Source: a virus | Lineage: Duplodnaviria > Caudoviricetes | IMG/VR virus record: IMGVR_UViG_3300005764_000004 | Span: 1 to 47,535 of that record | DNA: 47,535 bases | Reading direction: 5' to 3' (one strand) | Shown here: positions 8,997 to 17,540 of the stretch, piece after piece | How the letters are laid out: each line of letters opens with the position of its first letter | Numbering within the stretch: the first letter of the stretch is position 1 | Translations under genes and position numbers: made by a program | The notes under the pieces: generated by a model | Database searches by the model: none | What the model was told of the DNA's origin: nothing | The model's input: the letters and a program-made list of their open reading frames with translations, nothing else

Positions 8997-9193
8997 TGGC
9001 CTCCAAGCGCGCCGAAGCCTTCGCCGCCGGGACCGCCGAACCGCTCCAGGGCTTCCCGAGCTCGCCCGGCGCCGGGCTGATCAAGGCGTCGGCCAAGCCC
9101 GGCAAGATCCCGCGCGTGCCGGGAGTGAGCAAACGGCCGAAGCCATTCACGGTCCCGAAGGTGCCCAAACCCAAGATCCCGAAGGGCGCCTGA
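8996..9193 (+). CDS. Small basic K/P-rich protein 3
   Basis: TGATG coupling; PK(V/I) repeats. Confidence 0.65.
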   Translation: MASKRAEAFAAGTAEPLQGFPSSPGAGLIKASAKPGKIPRVPGVSKRPKPFTVPKVPKPKIPKGA

Positions 9194-9492
9194 TGGCGGC
9201 CGGCACCGCGCTCATGGCGGCTCGAGGGCGCCGCGTGACGCCGCGCGAAGAACCGCCTCTGAGTCCTCGCCAGCAGCGCGAAGAGAACCAGTTCCAGAAG
9301 AATCGGGCCTTCGGGCCTGGCGCATTTCCGCCGGACCTCTACCGAGGCCAGCCCAACCCCGAACGCCTCGCGGCGATCGAACGAGCCCGGCGCAACTACA
9401 GGAGCGGCAGCTCGAGGCCGCACGCCATCCCCGGCGTGATCCCGGGCCATGGCCGATACGGTGGCTGGCGCAACATGCCCACGACGGTCTGA
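9193..9492 (+). CDS. Small basic R-rich protein 4
   Basis: TGATG coupling. Confidence 0.65.
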   Translation: MAAGTALMAARGRRVTPREEPPLSPRQQREENQFQKNRAFGPGAFPPDLYRGQPNPERLAAIERARRNYRSGSSRPHAIPGVIPGHGRYGGWRNMPTTV

Positions 9493-9501
9493 GGAGGTTC
9501 G

Positions 9502-9726
9502 ATGGCAGCTGGCGACTCGCTGATGAACGCCCGTAAGAGCAAGAAAGGCGGCAAGAACTTCATCGCCGGGGCGATCAAGCGGCCCGGCAGCCTGCACACC
9601 GCGCTCGGCGTGCCCCAAGGCCAGAAGATCCCGCAGTCGAAGATCGCCGCCGCCGCGCAGAAGGGCGGCAACCTCGGGCAGAAAGCACGCTTCGCGCAGA
9701 CCCTTGCCGGCATCCGGCGCAAATAG
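9502..9726 (+). CDS. Small basic protein 5
   Basis: GAGGAGG SD; AIKRPGSLH.ALGVP.G.KIP...KARFAQTL pattern recalled from phage hypothetical proteins. Confidence 0.75.
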   Translation: MAAGDSLMNARKSKKGGKNFIAGAIKRPGSLHTALGVPQGQKIPQSKIAAAAQKGGNLGQKARFAQTLAGIRRK

Positions 9727-9796
9727 CGGACAGCGCCCGAGCCGGCGCAGGCCAGGAGTCGTAGCCTCCGCGCAACCGGAACGAAAGGATGGACCG

Positions 9797-10852
9797 ATGG
9801 ACGAGTCGCAGCTCATCCTGCCGCCCGGCGTGGCGCAGCAGGTGCCCGCCGTGGAGGTAGGTGGACCGGGGCCGGACGAGACTCAGCCGCGGGACGCCGA
9901 GGTGGTGGACGCCGAACTCGCAGAGGCCGTGGAGGACGCCACGAGCGTCGAGGTCTTCACGCCCGAGGCCGGCGACGAGCAGGCTGGCTTCGTCGCGATG
10001 GACGCGCACGACGCCGCGCGATTCGTCAAGCGGATCGTTGAACAGGCCCAGCTCGCGAACCTCGGCAAACGCTGGATCTACGCGCTACCGGGAGCTGGCG
10101 GGCGCGGGCTCACGGTCGACGCCGTGGAGGACATCGTGCAGCAGATGAACTGGAGCGGGCGCTGCCGGATCAAAATCCTGCCGGCGACGCTCGAAGTCGA
10201 AGTGATCGAGGCCGACGAGGGCGATGGCCCTGAGCCGTTCTGGGTCGCCACCGTCGCCGCCGAGGACGAGCTGACCGGGCTGACGTTGGTCGGTACGTCG
10301 ATGGAACCGCAGAAGATGAAGCTCAAGGCCGACACGGCCAACCGCAAGCGGCGCGAACTCAAGCCGATCCCCGAGGACAACAAGGTCTTCGACCGCTTCT
10401 CGCGCACCAAGGCGATCGGCAAGGCGCAGCGCAATGCGCTTGAGTCCCACATACCGGAGATCGTCAAGATCACGCTGATCGCGATGGCCGCGAAGCGCCC
10501 GGAGCTGATCGAAAGGATCGAGACGCCTGCGGAGGCCAAGCTAAGCGAACTGCCTCCTCCGCTTAACAACGAGGAGGCCAAGGCGCTGATCGCGGAGCTT
10601 GGACGCATATATGACGGGATCCGCGAGCTCGGCGGTGGCAAGGGCCGCGTTCTGCTGCCGCCCGGCCAGTACAACGCCTACCTTGTCCAGTCCCAGCACT
10701 CGATGGAGCTGCTCGGCCGCATGAAGGACTGGCTTGAGCAGCGCCGCGAGGAGATCGAAGCGGAGGTGACAGAGGATGCTCAGCATCCGGGAGGGCCAGG
10801 AGCGCGTCGACAGGCGGTTCGCCCGGCTCGAGCCCAGCCTAAGCCCGACTGA
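9797..10852 (+). CDS. Putative single-strand annealing/recombination protein
   Basis: -10 TAGCCT at 9762 and RBS motif at 9777-9789; KAIGKAQRNAL helix; lies upstream of an exonuclease. Function inferred from context. Confidence 0.5.
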   Translation: MDESQLILPPGVAQQVPAVEVGGPGPDETQPRDAEVVDAELAEAVEDATSVEVFTPEAGDEQAGFVAMDAHDAARFVKRIVEQAQLANLGKRWIYALPGAGGRGLTVDAVEDIVQQMNWSGRCRIKILPATLEVEVIEADEGDGPEPFWVATVAAEDELTGLTLVGTSMEPQKMKLKADTANRKRRELKPIPEDNKVFDRFSRTKAIGKAQRNALESHIPEIVKITLIAMAAKRPELIERIETPAEAKLSELPPPLNNEEAKALIAELGRIYDGIRELGGGKGRVLLPPGQYNAYLVQSQHSMELLGRMKDWLEQRREEIEAEVTEDAQHPGGPGARRQAVRPARAQPKPD

Positions 10853-11102
10853 CGGCACCGTGCCCGTCAGGCTGATGGCCCTGCTCTGCTCGGGCACGGA
10901 CCTCATCGGCCCGGAGCTCGAGCGCGAGCTCGACGCCGCGGCGCAGCGGCTCCTCGAGCTGCTCGCGGTGAGCACCTGCGACTGCGAGCCCGAGCCGCCG
11001 GTGCTCAACTGCTCGAGCCCGCCCTTCGTGGTCGGCGCGCTGGTCCAGACGTTCTTTCTCGGCTTTGAGCTAGGGAAGGTAGAATCGGAGGCCGAGCGGT
11101 GA
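10776..11102 (+). CDS. Hypothetical protein (108 aa)
   Basis: ORF fills the gap; GTGA coupling to the nuclease gene. Confidence 0.55.
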   Translation: MLSIREGQERVDRRFARLEPSLSPTDGTVPVRLMALLCSGTDLIGPELERELDAAAQRLLELLAVSTCDCEPEPPVLNCSSPPFVVGALVQTFFLGFELGKVESEAER

Positions 11103-12400
11103 GTTTCCTGGCAGTCGAGCTCCCGCGCCCACTGGAACGAAAGGCATCGCAGACGTTGCTCAAGCACTACGCAGCTTGTCCACGGTCGGGCTACTTCTAC
11201 GCCCGCGACAAGGGCGTGGCGCGGACGCTCGAGATGGTCCGGGGCGCCGCTGTGCACCGCGTCGCCGAGCGCGCCACGGAGCTGATGATCGCCCAAGGTG
11301 AGCCGATGATCCCGCCCGGCCTGGCGAAGGTGGTGGTGGGCGAGGCGCTCTCGGAGCTGCGGGTGCCCTTCTCCGAGCACGACTTCGTACGCGAGCTCGG
11401 CTACCGCTGGGCCGGCGAGTGGGCGATCGACCCCGCCTCGGTGATCGCCTGCGAGACGCTGCTCGCGCTCGAGTTGGAGGGCTGGCAGGTGCGCGGCAAG
11501 GTCGACTTCGCGGAAGTCCGCGACCAGGGCGCGAGCGTCTACGTGGCGGACTACAAGAGCTCGCGCTCAGCGCCCGCCTTCGAGGACGTCGCCCGCAAGC
11601 GCACGAGCGACGGGCGCTGGGCCGCGCGGTCCTTCCAGCAGGTGCTCTACGCCCTGCTGCTCGCCTACGGGCGCCCGGTCCGCACCCTGCTCCACGACTG
11701 CGATGGTTGCGCCGGCAACGGCTTTCACGGCGGCGACCCGGGCGAGGGCAAGCCGTGCACGCAATGCTCGGGCTCCGGCGTCGCCCGCGAGGAGATCCTC
11801 GAACCGCTCCCGCTCGCGCCGCGCGCCCAGCGCTTCGATCTCGAGCTGGTCTACCCGGCGATCGAGGACAGCTACGGGCTCATGCTGCGTCGCCCGCTCT
11901 CGCTCTCTGCGGTCGAGCTGCCCGAATACCGCGACAGCCTGATCGGCCTGCTGCGCGCGCTGGCGGCCGATGAGGAGAGCGGCGAGTGGCCGGCGATCGT
12001 GAGCAGCACCGGCTGCGCGGAGTGCCCGTGCAAGCCCGAGTGCCCGATCCCGGTCGAGCTGCGCGACCACCGCGGCGAGATCAACACCGAGGCCGAGGCT
12101 GAGCAGGCGGCCGCGATCCTCGAGCGCCGGGACTCCGAGAACAAAGCCCTGCGCACGGAGCTGCGCGAGTGGACCCGCCACAACGGCGGCGAAGTGCGCT
12201 ACGGGCGCGATCGTGTCCTGCGCTTCAAGCTGGTGGAATCGGAGCGGATCCGCGACCGCGAGGCGCTCTGGCTGGCGGTCGCCCGCTCCCGCGACTACGG
12301 CGAGTCCTTCGTGCGCTCCGAGCACGTCCAGACCGTGCAGAGCTCGAACTTCGTCGCGGAGACGCTGAGCGAGGAGGAGATCGCGGAGGCGCCGGCGTGA
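11099..12400 (+). CDS. Cas4/RecB-like PD-(D/E)XK exonuclease with inserted Zn finger
   Basis: CPR, G..VH, GKVD, DYK, Q..LY and CxxCxxxxxC motifs; insert CDGCAGNG..CTQCSGSG. Confidence 0.85.
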   Translation: MSFLAVELPRPLERKASQTLLKHYAACPRSGYFYARDKGVARTLEMVRGAAVHRVAERATELMIAQGEPMIPPGLAKVVVGEALSELRVPFSEHDFVRELGYRWAGEWAIDPASVIACETLLALELEGWQVRGKVDFAEVRDQGASVYVADYKSSRSAPAFEDVARKRTSDGRWAARSFQQVLYALLLAYGRPVRTLLHDCDGCAGNGFHGGDPGEGKPCTQCSGSGVAREEILEPLPLAPRAQRFDLELVYPAIEDSYGLMLRRPLSLSAVELPEYRDSLIGLLRALAADEESGEWPAIVSSTGCAECPCKPECPIPVELRDHRGEINTEAEAEQAAAILERRDSENKALRTELREWTRHNGGEVRYGRDRVLRFKLVESERIRDREALWLAVARSRDYGESFVRSEHVQTVQSSNFVAETLSEEEIAEAPA

Positions 12401-12681
12401 GCCCCGCCAGCGTGATCTACCCTGCCGCGAAGGCGTGGGCGCTGGAGCGCGACGCTTTGGTTCACCGCGAGCTCATGGACCCCCACAAGCAGACGGTGCC
12501 TCGCCAGCCGCCGGACGTCGAAGCCCTGCGCCGGACTGCTCGTAGCGCGGTCGAGGACTGGCTTGAGCTCAGGCAGGGCGTCGTTCTTGGTGGTACTCCT
12601 GCGCCTGAGCAGGCAGAATCGAGCAGGACAACAAGCAAAACGCCTCCCGGCGGGACAGGCCAGGAGGCGTCGGAAAGGTGA
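12397..12681 (+). CDS. Hypothetical protein (94 aa)
   Basis: GTGA overlaps at both ends. Confidence 0.5.
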   Translation: MSPASVIYPAAKAWALERDALVHRELMDPHKQTVPRQPPDVEALRRTARSAVEDWLELRQGVVLGGTPAPEQAESSRTTSKTPPGGTGQEASER

Positions 12682-13319
12682 GACTGATGATGCGAAAGAT
12701 ACTCCTGGGGACAATTCTAGCTGCGCTTGCGCTGGCTCTGCCGGCAAACGCCGCGACTGCCGCAAGTCAGTGGCTCGACAACGGCTACCCGGTGGCGAGC
12801 CCGCCCAGCAAGGTCCTCCCGATCGAAGCCCTGTACCGAGCGTCGCTGACCTTCGTGGTGCCGGGCGCCGGCAGGATCACGTGCATCGTGCTCGGTGAAA
12901 TGGAACTCGAGGGCACCGCAGGCCAGGCCAACGGCCTTTACAGCCCGCGCTGTACCGAACACGAAAAGTGGTACGAAGCGCTCTCGGGCGGCTTCTACCC
13001 TCTCGGCAGCCCGTCGCTCCTCGGGGCTAGGACGAACCTTCCTTGGGCCGTGACGGTGACGCGCAACCCGAACAGGCCGTCCCCCGAACTCGGCCTGAGC
13101 GGGGTCAAGCTGACGCTCGCCGAGCCCAGCGGGGCGGAAGTGACGATGGAAGGCGCGCTCAGCTTCACGCTCGCCAACGGCGCGGGCAACGGTCTGAGTC
13201 CGTCCGAAATCGCGACCTACACGACGTCGTATCTCTCGAGCGCGCTGGGGCCTGTCCGCTACTACGGCTCCGGCCACCTGAGCGGCGCAGCCTTCAATGA
13301 ACTCGTGACCTACGAATGA
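12678..13319 (+). CDS. Secreted beta-rich protein
   Basis: Signal peptide MRKILLGTILAALALALPANA; start may be 12687 or 12690. Confidence 0.75.
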   Translation: MRLMMRKILLGTILAALALALPANAATAASQWLDNGYPVASPPSKVLPIEALYRASLTFVVPGAGRITCIVLGEMELEGTAGQANGLYSPRCTEHEKWYEALSGGFYPLGSPSLLGARTNLPWAVTVTRNPNRPSPELGLSGVKLTLAEPSGAEVTMEGALSFTLANGAGNGLSPSEIATYTTSYLSSALGPVRYYGSGHLSGAAFNELVTYE

Positions 13320-14557
13320 GCCTCCTCAGATTGGTGGCCCTGGCCCTCGTCGCTACGGCGGCGGGGGCTGGCTCGGCCACCGCGCAAGCCGCCGCGCCCT
13401 ACCTCACGCTCACTCGCGCCAAGCAGGCCATTCGCAGCCACGAGGGCGACGGCACGACCGTCTCGGAATGTAAGCGCCTGCGCCGCTCGCAGCTGCTCTG
13501 TCACTTCGTCACACCCGCGAGCGATCACGTCCTCGGGATCGAACCCGCGGCGATCTTCGTCGGTGAGGACTTCGCGACGCTCAAGCGTCGCCACGTCGCG
13601 GTCAGGCACCTCGGGCGCCCGGAACTCAAGCTGCCGGCCGAAGGCGACGCCGGGCCGGGCTTCCACGTCGAAGGCTTCCGGGAAGGCTCGGCGCGCTCGC
13701 AGGCCGAAGCGCAGGAACACTACTCCCACGAACCGAGCCCGCCGAAGGAAGCGCCGGAGCAGTTCCCGCGTCTGAGCCCGCAGGAAGAAGCCGAACTGCT
13801 CGCCTACTACACGAAGATCCAGGAAGAAACCGAAGCGCTCGAACGCGAAACGACGACCACGGCCGCTGCGGCGAGCGTGCCCTGCGCCGTGACGCCAGCC
13901 TTCGAGAAGGATGAAGTCAACGCCCTCGCCGCGCCCGCGCTCGCGGACATCGCCCAGCGGCTCGCCGCCAAGCTGGCGGTGCCGGAGGCTGAACTTGCTG
14001 CGGTCCGCAAAGGCGAAGGTGATCGTGTTGCTCTCCTGATCAAACAGAACCACCTCGAACCCAAACCCGGCGAAACGGAAGCAGAACGCACAAGTCGCGA
14101 ACGGCGGATCGCCGCCCTCGAACGGCAGGTCGCCGAAGAACTGCCGCCCGGCGGCGTCGACGAACTCGTCGAAGAAGTGAACGGCGAACTCGTCACCCGC
14201 ATCGAAGGCGACGGCTTCAAGAAGGCGCGCGTCGCGCTCGAAGCGCTGATCGCCGAAGCCCGTGCCACGGCGGCGCAGGAAGGCGCGCTCGCACACGCCG
14301 ATGCCGAAGCGCAGGAGGCGCAGCGGATCGCCAACGGGACTAACGGCTGCGAACTACGCTTCCCGACCGTGACCGTCAAGACCGGCCTCGGGCGCGTCCT
14401 ACAGCAGCCGCTCGTCTCCTGGGAACTTGAGGGCTACCCGATCACGGTCGCCCGGGTCAGGGCTCACGCCGTCACGGCGCACGCGGTCTTCTTTCCGCCC
14501 AACCCCTACGTCGAGCACTCGAGCCAGACTGTGAGCCTGCCCGTGGAGCTCGCATGA
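13316..14557 (+). CDS. Secreted protein with acidic helical region
   Basis: Signal peptide ending AQA; ATGA coupling. Confidence 0.75.
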   Translation: MSLLRLVALALVATAAGAGSATAQAAAPYLTLTRAKQAIRSHEGDGTTVSECKRLRRSQLLCHFVTPASDHVLGIEPAAIFVGEDFATLKRRHVAVRHLGRPELKLPAEGDAGPGFHVEGFREGSARSQAEAQEHYSHEPSPPKEAPEQFPRLSPQEEAELLAYYTKIQEETEALERETTTTAAAASVPCAVTPAFEKDEVNALAAPALADIAQRLAAKLAVPEAELAAVRKGEGDRVALLIKQNHLEPKPGETEAERTSRERRIAALERQVAEELPPGGVDELVEEVNGELVTRIEGDGFKKARVALEALIAEARATAAQEGALAHADAEAQEAQRIANGTNGCELRFPTVTVKTGLGRVLQQPLVSWELEGYPITVARVRAHAVTAHAVFFPPNPYVEHSSQTVSLPVELA

Positions 14558-14733
14558 TCTTCGCGCTGACCTACACGGGCACGGTCTTCGGGCTCTGCGC
14601 CATCTACGGCGCTTACTGCGTGTGGACCCTGCGGGCTGAACGACGCAACCTGCGGAGGGCTCGTGCCGACGAAGATGAGCGCTATCGCCGGCACTCTGAG
14701 CGCATGGATCGGATTTATCGGGACTGGTCATGA
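14554..14733 (+). CDS. Small membrane protein (59 aa)
   Basis: Translated by hand; ATGA overlaps at both ends. Confidence 0.6.
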   Translation: MIFALTYTGTVFGLCAIYGAYCVWTLRAERRNLRRARADEDERYRRHSERMDRIYRDWS

Positions 14734-15590
14734 GGGCTGACCCGACCGTGGCCGAGTGGCTCAAAGGCTGGCCCGATCTCTTCCCGACCCGCTGCTCGCC
14801 CGCGACGCTTAGGCACGACGCCTATATGGTGGCGCCGTTCATCCGTCGCTACGGCAAGCGCCGGCTCGCCGAGTTCGCGCCCCTCGAGGCGCAGGCGTGG
14901 GCCGTCAGGCATCCCGGACACGTCCGCTACCTGCGCCGGGCGTGGTCTAAGGCGCTTCTCATGGAGATCGTCACCTTCAACGTCTGGCGGGTCGTGGAAC
15001 TCCCGCCGCGCGCAAACCCCCCGCGGCCCGTGCCAACGGACGCCGAACTCGAGGTGATCCTCGCACGGTGCCGCGGGCGCGGCGGCTGGTGGCTCGAGTA
15101 CGCAGACCTGATCGACTTCGCCGCGCACACCGGATCGCGCTCAGGTGGGCTGGCGGGGCTCAGGCGCACGGACGTCGATCTCAAGCGCCGACGCGCCGTG
15201 CTCACTGAGAAGGGCGCGAAGGTCCGCCGCGTGGCCCTCCCTGGCCGCGCGGCGGTCGCGCTCGAGCGCCAGCTCGAGCGCCGCCCGTGGATGGCGCCGC
15301 TGGCCCTCGTCTGGCGGGCTCAGCGGCGCGGTCCGCTCGACCGCGACCGGATCGGCGAGGCGTGGCGCGCGGTCCGCGGAGACTTCTCCGGCCCGTTCCA
15401 TAGCCTGCGCCACTACGCGGCCACCTGGCTCGACGCGCAGGGCATCAGCGAGCGCGACATCGCGATTCAGATGGGTTGGACCGACAGCATGGGCCGCCCG
15501 CGCGTGCGCGAGCTGCGCAGCGTCTATGTCCATCCCAGCCACGAGGACGCGCTCGAGCGGGTCGAGCTCGCCTGTGCCGACCGTCTGTGA
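14730..15590 (+). CDS. Tyrosine recombinase (integrase/resolvase family)
   Basis: TGSR, TEKG, HSLRH, MGW and late Y (SVYVH) give the R-K-H-R-W-Y catalytic set. Confidence 0.9.
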   Translation: MRADPTVAEWLKGWPDLFPTRCSPATLRHDAYMVAPFIRRYGKRRLAEFAPLEAQAWAVRHPGHVRYLRRAWSKALLMEIVTFNVWRVVELPPRANPPRPVPTDAELEVILARCRGRGGWWLEYADLIDFAAHTGSRSGGLAGLRRTDVDLKRRRAVLTEKGAKVRRVALPGRAAVALERQLERRPWMAPLALVWRAQRRGPLDRDRIGEAWRAVRGDFSGPFHSLRHYAATWLDAQGISERDIAIQMGWTDSMGRPRVRELRSVYVHPSHEDALERVELACADRL

Positions 15591-15831
15591 AACCTGCAAG
15601 GCGCCGACGCGCTGGGCAGAGACGGACTCCGGGAACTGGATGATGGTCGATCTGCGGCCCAGCGAGCGCGGCAACCTGCGCCTGCGCGAGCGCGGCACGG
15701 AGGCGCCCGGCGTCTCGCGTCTCGGCACGAGCGAGGCGCAGCGCGCCCGCGAGGCCGGCGAGGATCTCTACATCGCACACTTCGCTACCTGCCCGGACGC
15801 CGCCCAGCACCGGCGCCGGCGTGTCCGCTAG
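15574..15831 (+). CDS. Small Zn-binding phage protein
   Basis: CETC...W....G..M.VD...HFATCP. Confidence 0.7.
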   Translation: MPTVCETCKAPTRWAETDSGNWMMVDLRPSERGNLRLRERGTEAPGVSRLGTSEAQRAREAGEDLYIAHFATCPDAAQHRRRRVR

Positions 15832-16147
15832 GACCTGCTTCCTGCGCGCGTTCGCGGAGACGGAGTGCGCCGGCAAGCTGCAGCGCTGCCACTTGATCAA
15901 GGAGCAGCTCATCCGACGTGAGGTGTGGGACCGCCGGCACCGGCTCAAGAGCCTCCCGCGCTCAAAGACCGCGCTGCTCAAGGATCCCCGCTGGTCGGTG
16001 TGGGGCTGCGTGCGCCACCATTGGGAGCTCGATAAGTCGCGCCGGCTGAGGATCCCGCGCTACCGCCTGCCGCCCGAGCTCGAAGAGGCGGCGGCCGAGT
16101 ACGGCATCCTCTGGGCCGTGGAGAGAGAGTACGGGTGTCTCAGCTAA
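15821..16147 (+). CDS. HNH-like/Zn-binding protein
   Basis: C..C...HLI...C..HH..D pattern. Confidence 0.5.
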   Translation: MSARTCFLRAFAETECAGKLQRCHLIKEQLIRREVWDRRHRLKSLPRSKTALLKDPRWSVWGCVRHHWELDKSRRLRIPRYRLPPELEEAAAEYGILWAVEREYGCLS

Positions 16148-16710
16148 GGGCTTTCGACGTGCAGCGCGCCCGCAAACGGCTGATCGTCCGCCAGGGCAAA
16201 CGCTCGCATTGGGGACTGGACCCGAGCACCAAGCGCGTCGCCATCGCCTACGTGGACCCGGACGGCCGGCGCGGGAGCGCGATCCGCTCAGTCCCGTCGC
16301 TCGCCGTCGCCGAGCGCCAGGAGGCGATCCGGGCCACCACGATCGAGCTCTGCGAGCTCCTGCGGGCGCAGGCCGAGCCGGGCGTCGTCGTGGTGGAGGA
16401 ATCGACCGGCTTTGGCAAGCGCCCCAACCCGGAGCTCGCGTACGCGGTGGGCGCGGTCCTCGGCGGACTCGTCGTGGGTGTTCCGTTCACGCATGTTGAG
16501 TTTGTGGCGAGTGCGAGATGGAAGCTGGAGGTGTGCGGTTACGGTGCGATCGCGAAGCCGAAGCCCACGGAGAAGCGCCGTTACGAGGTGCTCGAGTGGG
16601 CGCAGAGCGTGGGCTACGAGGGTACGAATTGGGACGAGGCAGACAGTTATGCCATAGCCGAGTACGCGCGCTGCGCCTATGAGCTCGACGAGCGCGGCGG
16701 AGTCCTCTGA
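16135..16710 (+). CDS. RuvC-like Holliday junction resolvase
   Basis: GLDPST, VVVEE, WK..V.GYG and DEADS.AIA motifs. Confidence 0.82.
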   Translation: MSQLRAFDVQRARKRLIVRQGKRSHWGLDPSTKRVAIAYVDPDGRRGSAIRSVPSLAVAERQEAIRATTIELCELLRAQAEPGVVVVEESTGFGKRPNPELAYAVGAVLGGLVVGVPFTHVEFVASARWKLEVCGYGAIAKPKPTEKRRYEVLEWAQSVGYEGTNWDEADSYAIAEYARCAYELDERGGVL

Positions 16711-16840
16711 ACTTGGTCCTGCGCCTTCTTGTGAGCGCGGTCGGCAGCACTTCTCGCAGCTAGCGCAGAGCGCCTCGGCGTCCGTCGCCTGCGAGGAGCA
16801 ACATGGCTCGATCTGACCATCGGATCGAAAGGACGAAGAG

Positions 16841-17140
16841 ATGCCGCTCGCCGCCGTGCAGGATGAGATCGCCGTCGATGGGACCACGCAACTTGAGCTG
16901 TTCGACCTTGGCGGCAAGCGCCCGACGTCCTCGAAGCTGCGCCTCGCCGGGGGCGCCGTCGACGTCCTGGACGGCCGCGCCTTCCACAAGGGCGACGCGC
17001 TGAGCTTCTCGGGCGCCGCCGTCGTGACCGCGATCTCCCAGCAGGACAAACGCGACGCCAGCACCGGCCAGGTCGTCTCCTGCGCCCAGCTGCACGTCGC
17101 GCTGATAACCGACCTGCGCATCGACACCGACGCCGCTTAG
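16841..17140 (+). CDS. Hypothetical protein (99 aa)
   Basis: CGAAAGGAC RBS upstream; coding-like codon usage. Confidence 0.7.
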   Translation: MPLAAVQDEIAVDGTTQLELFDLGGKRPTSSKLRLAGGAVDVLDGRAFHKGDALSFSGAAVVTAISQQDKRDASTGQVVSCAQLHVALITDLRIDTDAA

Positions 17141-17159
17141 GGGCCGGTATGATGCCCGG

Positions 17160-17229
17160 AGACGGGACGATCCATCGCGATTGTCCTTTCGTTCCGCGGC
17201 GGGCTCTCGAAGGGGAGCCCGCCGTATTT
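17160..17229 (+). ncRNA. Candidate trans-acting antisense sRNA against the shared early-gene RBS
   Basis: -10 TATGAT at 17148-17153; hairpin 17164-17187; seed TTGTCCTTTCGTTCCGCG at 17181-17198; 13-bp stem at 17196-17225. Confidence 0.55.
17196..17229 (+). terminator. Terminator-like hairpin
   Basis: GCGGCGGGCTCTC-GAAG-GGGAGCCCGCCGT then ATTT; G-U pairs favour the + strand; U tract is weak. Confidence 0.6.
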
Positions 17230-17234
17230 GAGCG

Positions 17235-17540
17235 GTGAGTGACCTCTCTGAGCGGGCGCTCGGCGCGCTGCGCACCTGCCCGGCCTGCTACGGCAAAGGC
17301 CGCGTGCCCTACAACGGCAAGGTGCTGCCGGTGGGCGAGCTCGTGGCCTGCGCTCGCTGCGACGGGACCGGGGATATGCTCGGCGCGCTCCTGATGCGCG
17401 CCTACCGCGCCGGGCGTGAGGACGCGCTCGAGGACGCGCGCCGGATGCTCGAGCAGACCGCGGCCGTGGTGGGGCGCCCGTTCCCCACGCGCGTCACGCC
17501 CGCGGGGCTGCTCGCGAGGGTGGTGCCCTGTGTCGATTAG
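17235..17540 (+). CDS. DnaJ-type zinc-finger protein
   Basis: CPACYGKG...CARCDGTG. Confidence 0.7.
   Translation: MSDLSERALGALRTCPACYGKGRVPYNGKVLPVGELVACARCDGTGDMLGALLMRAYRAGREDALEDARRMLEQTAAVVGRPFPTRVTPAGLLARVVPCVD

Noticed and set aside
11134-11144. GGAACGAAAGG inside the nuclease gene
   Set aside because: It falls within coding sequence (ERK) with no suitably spaced start codon; may be chance.
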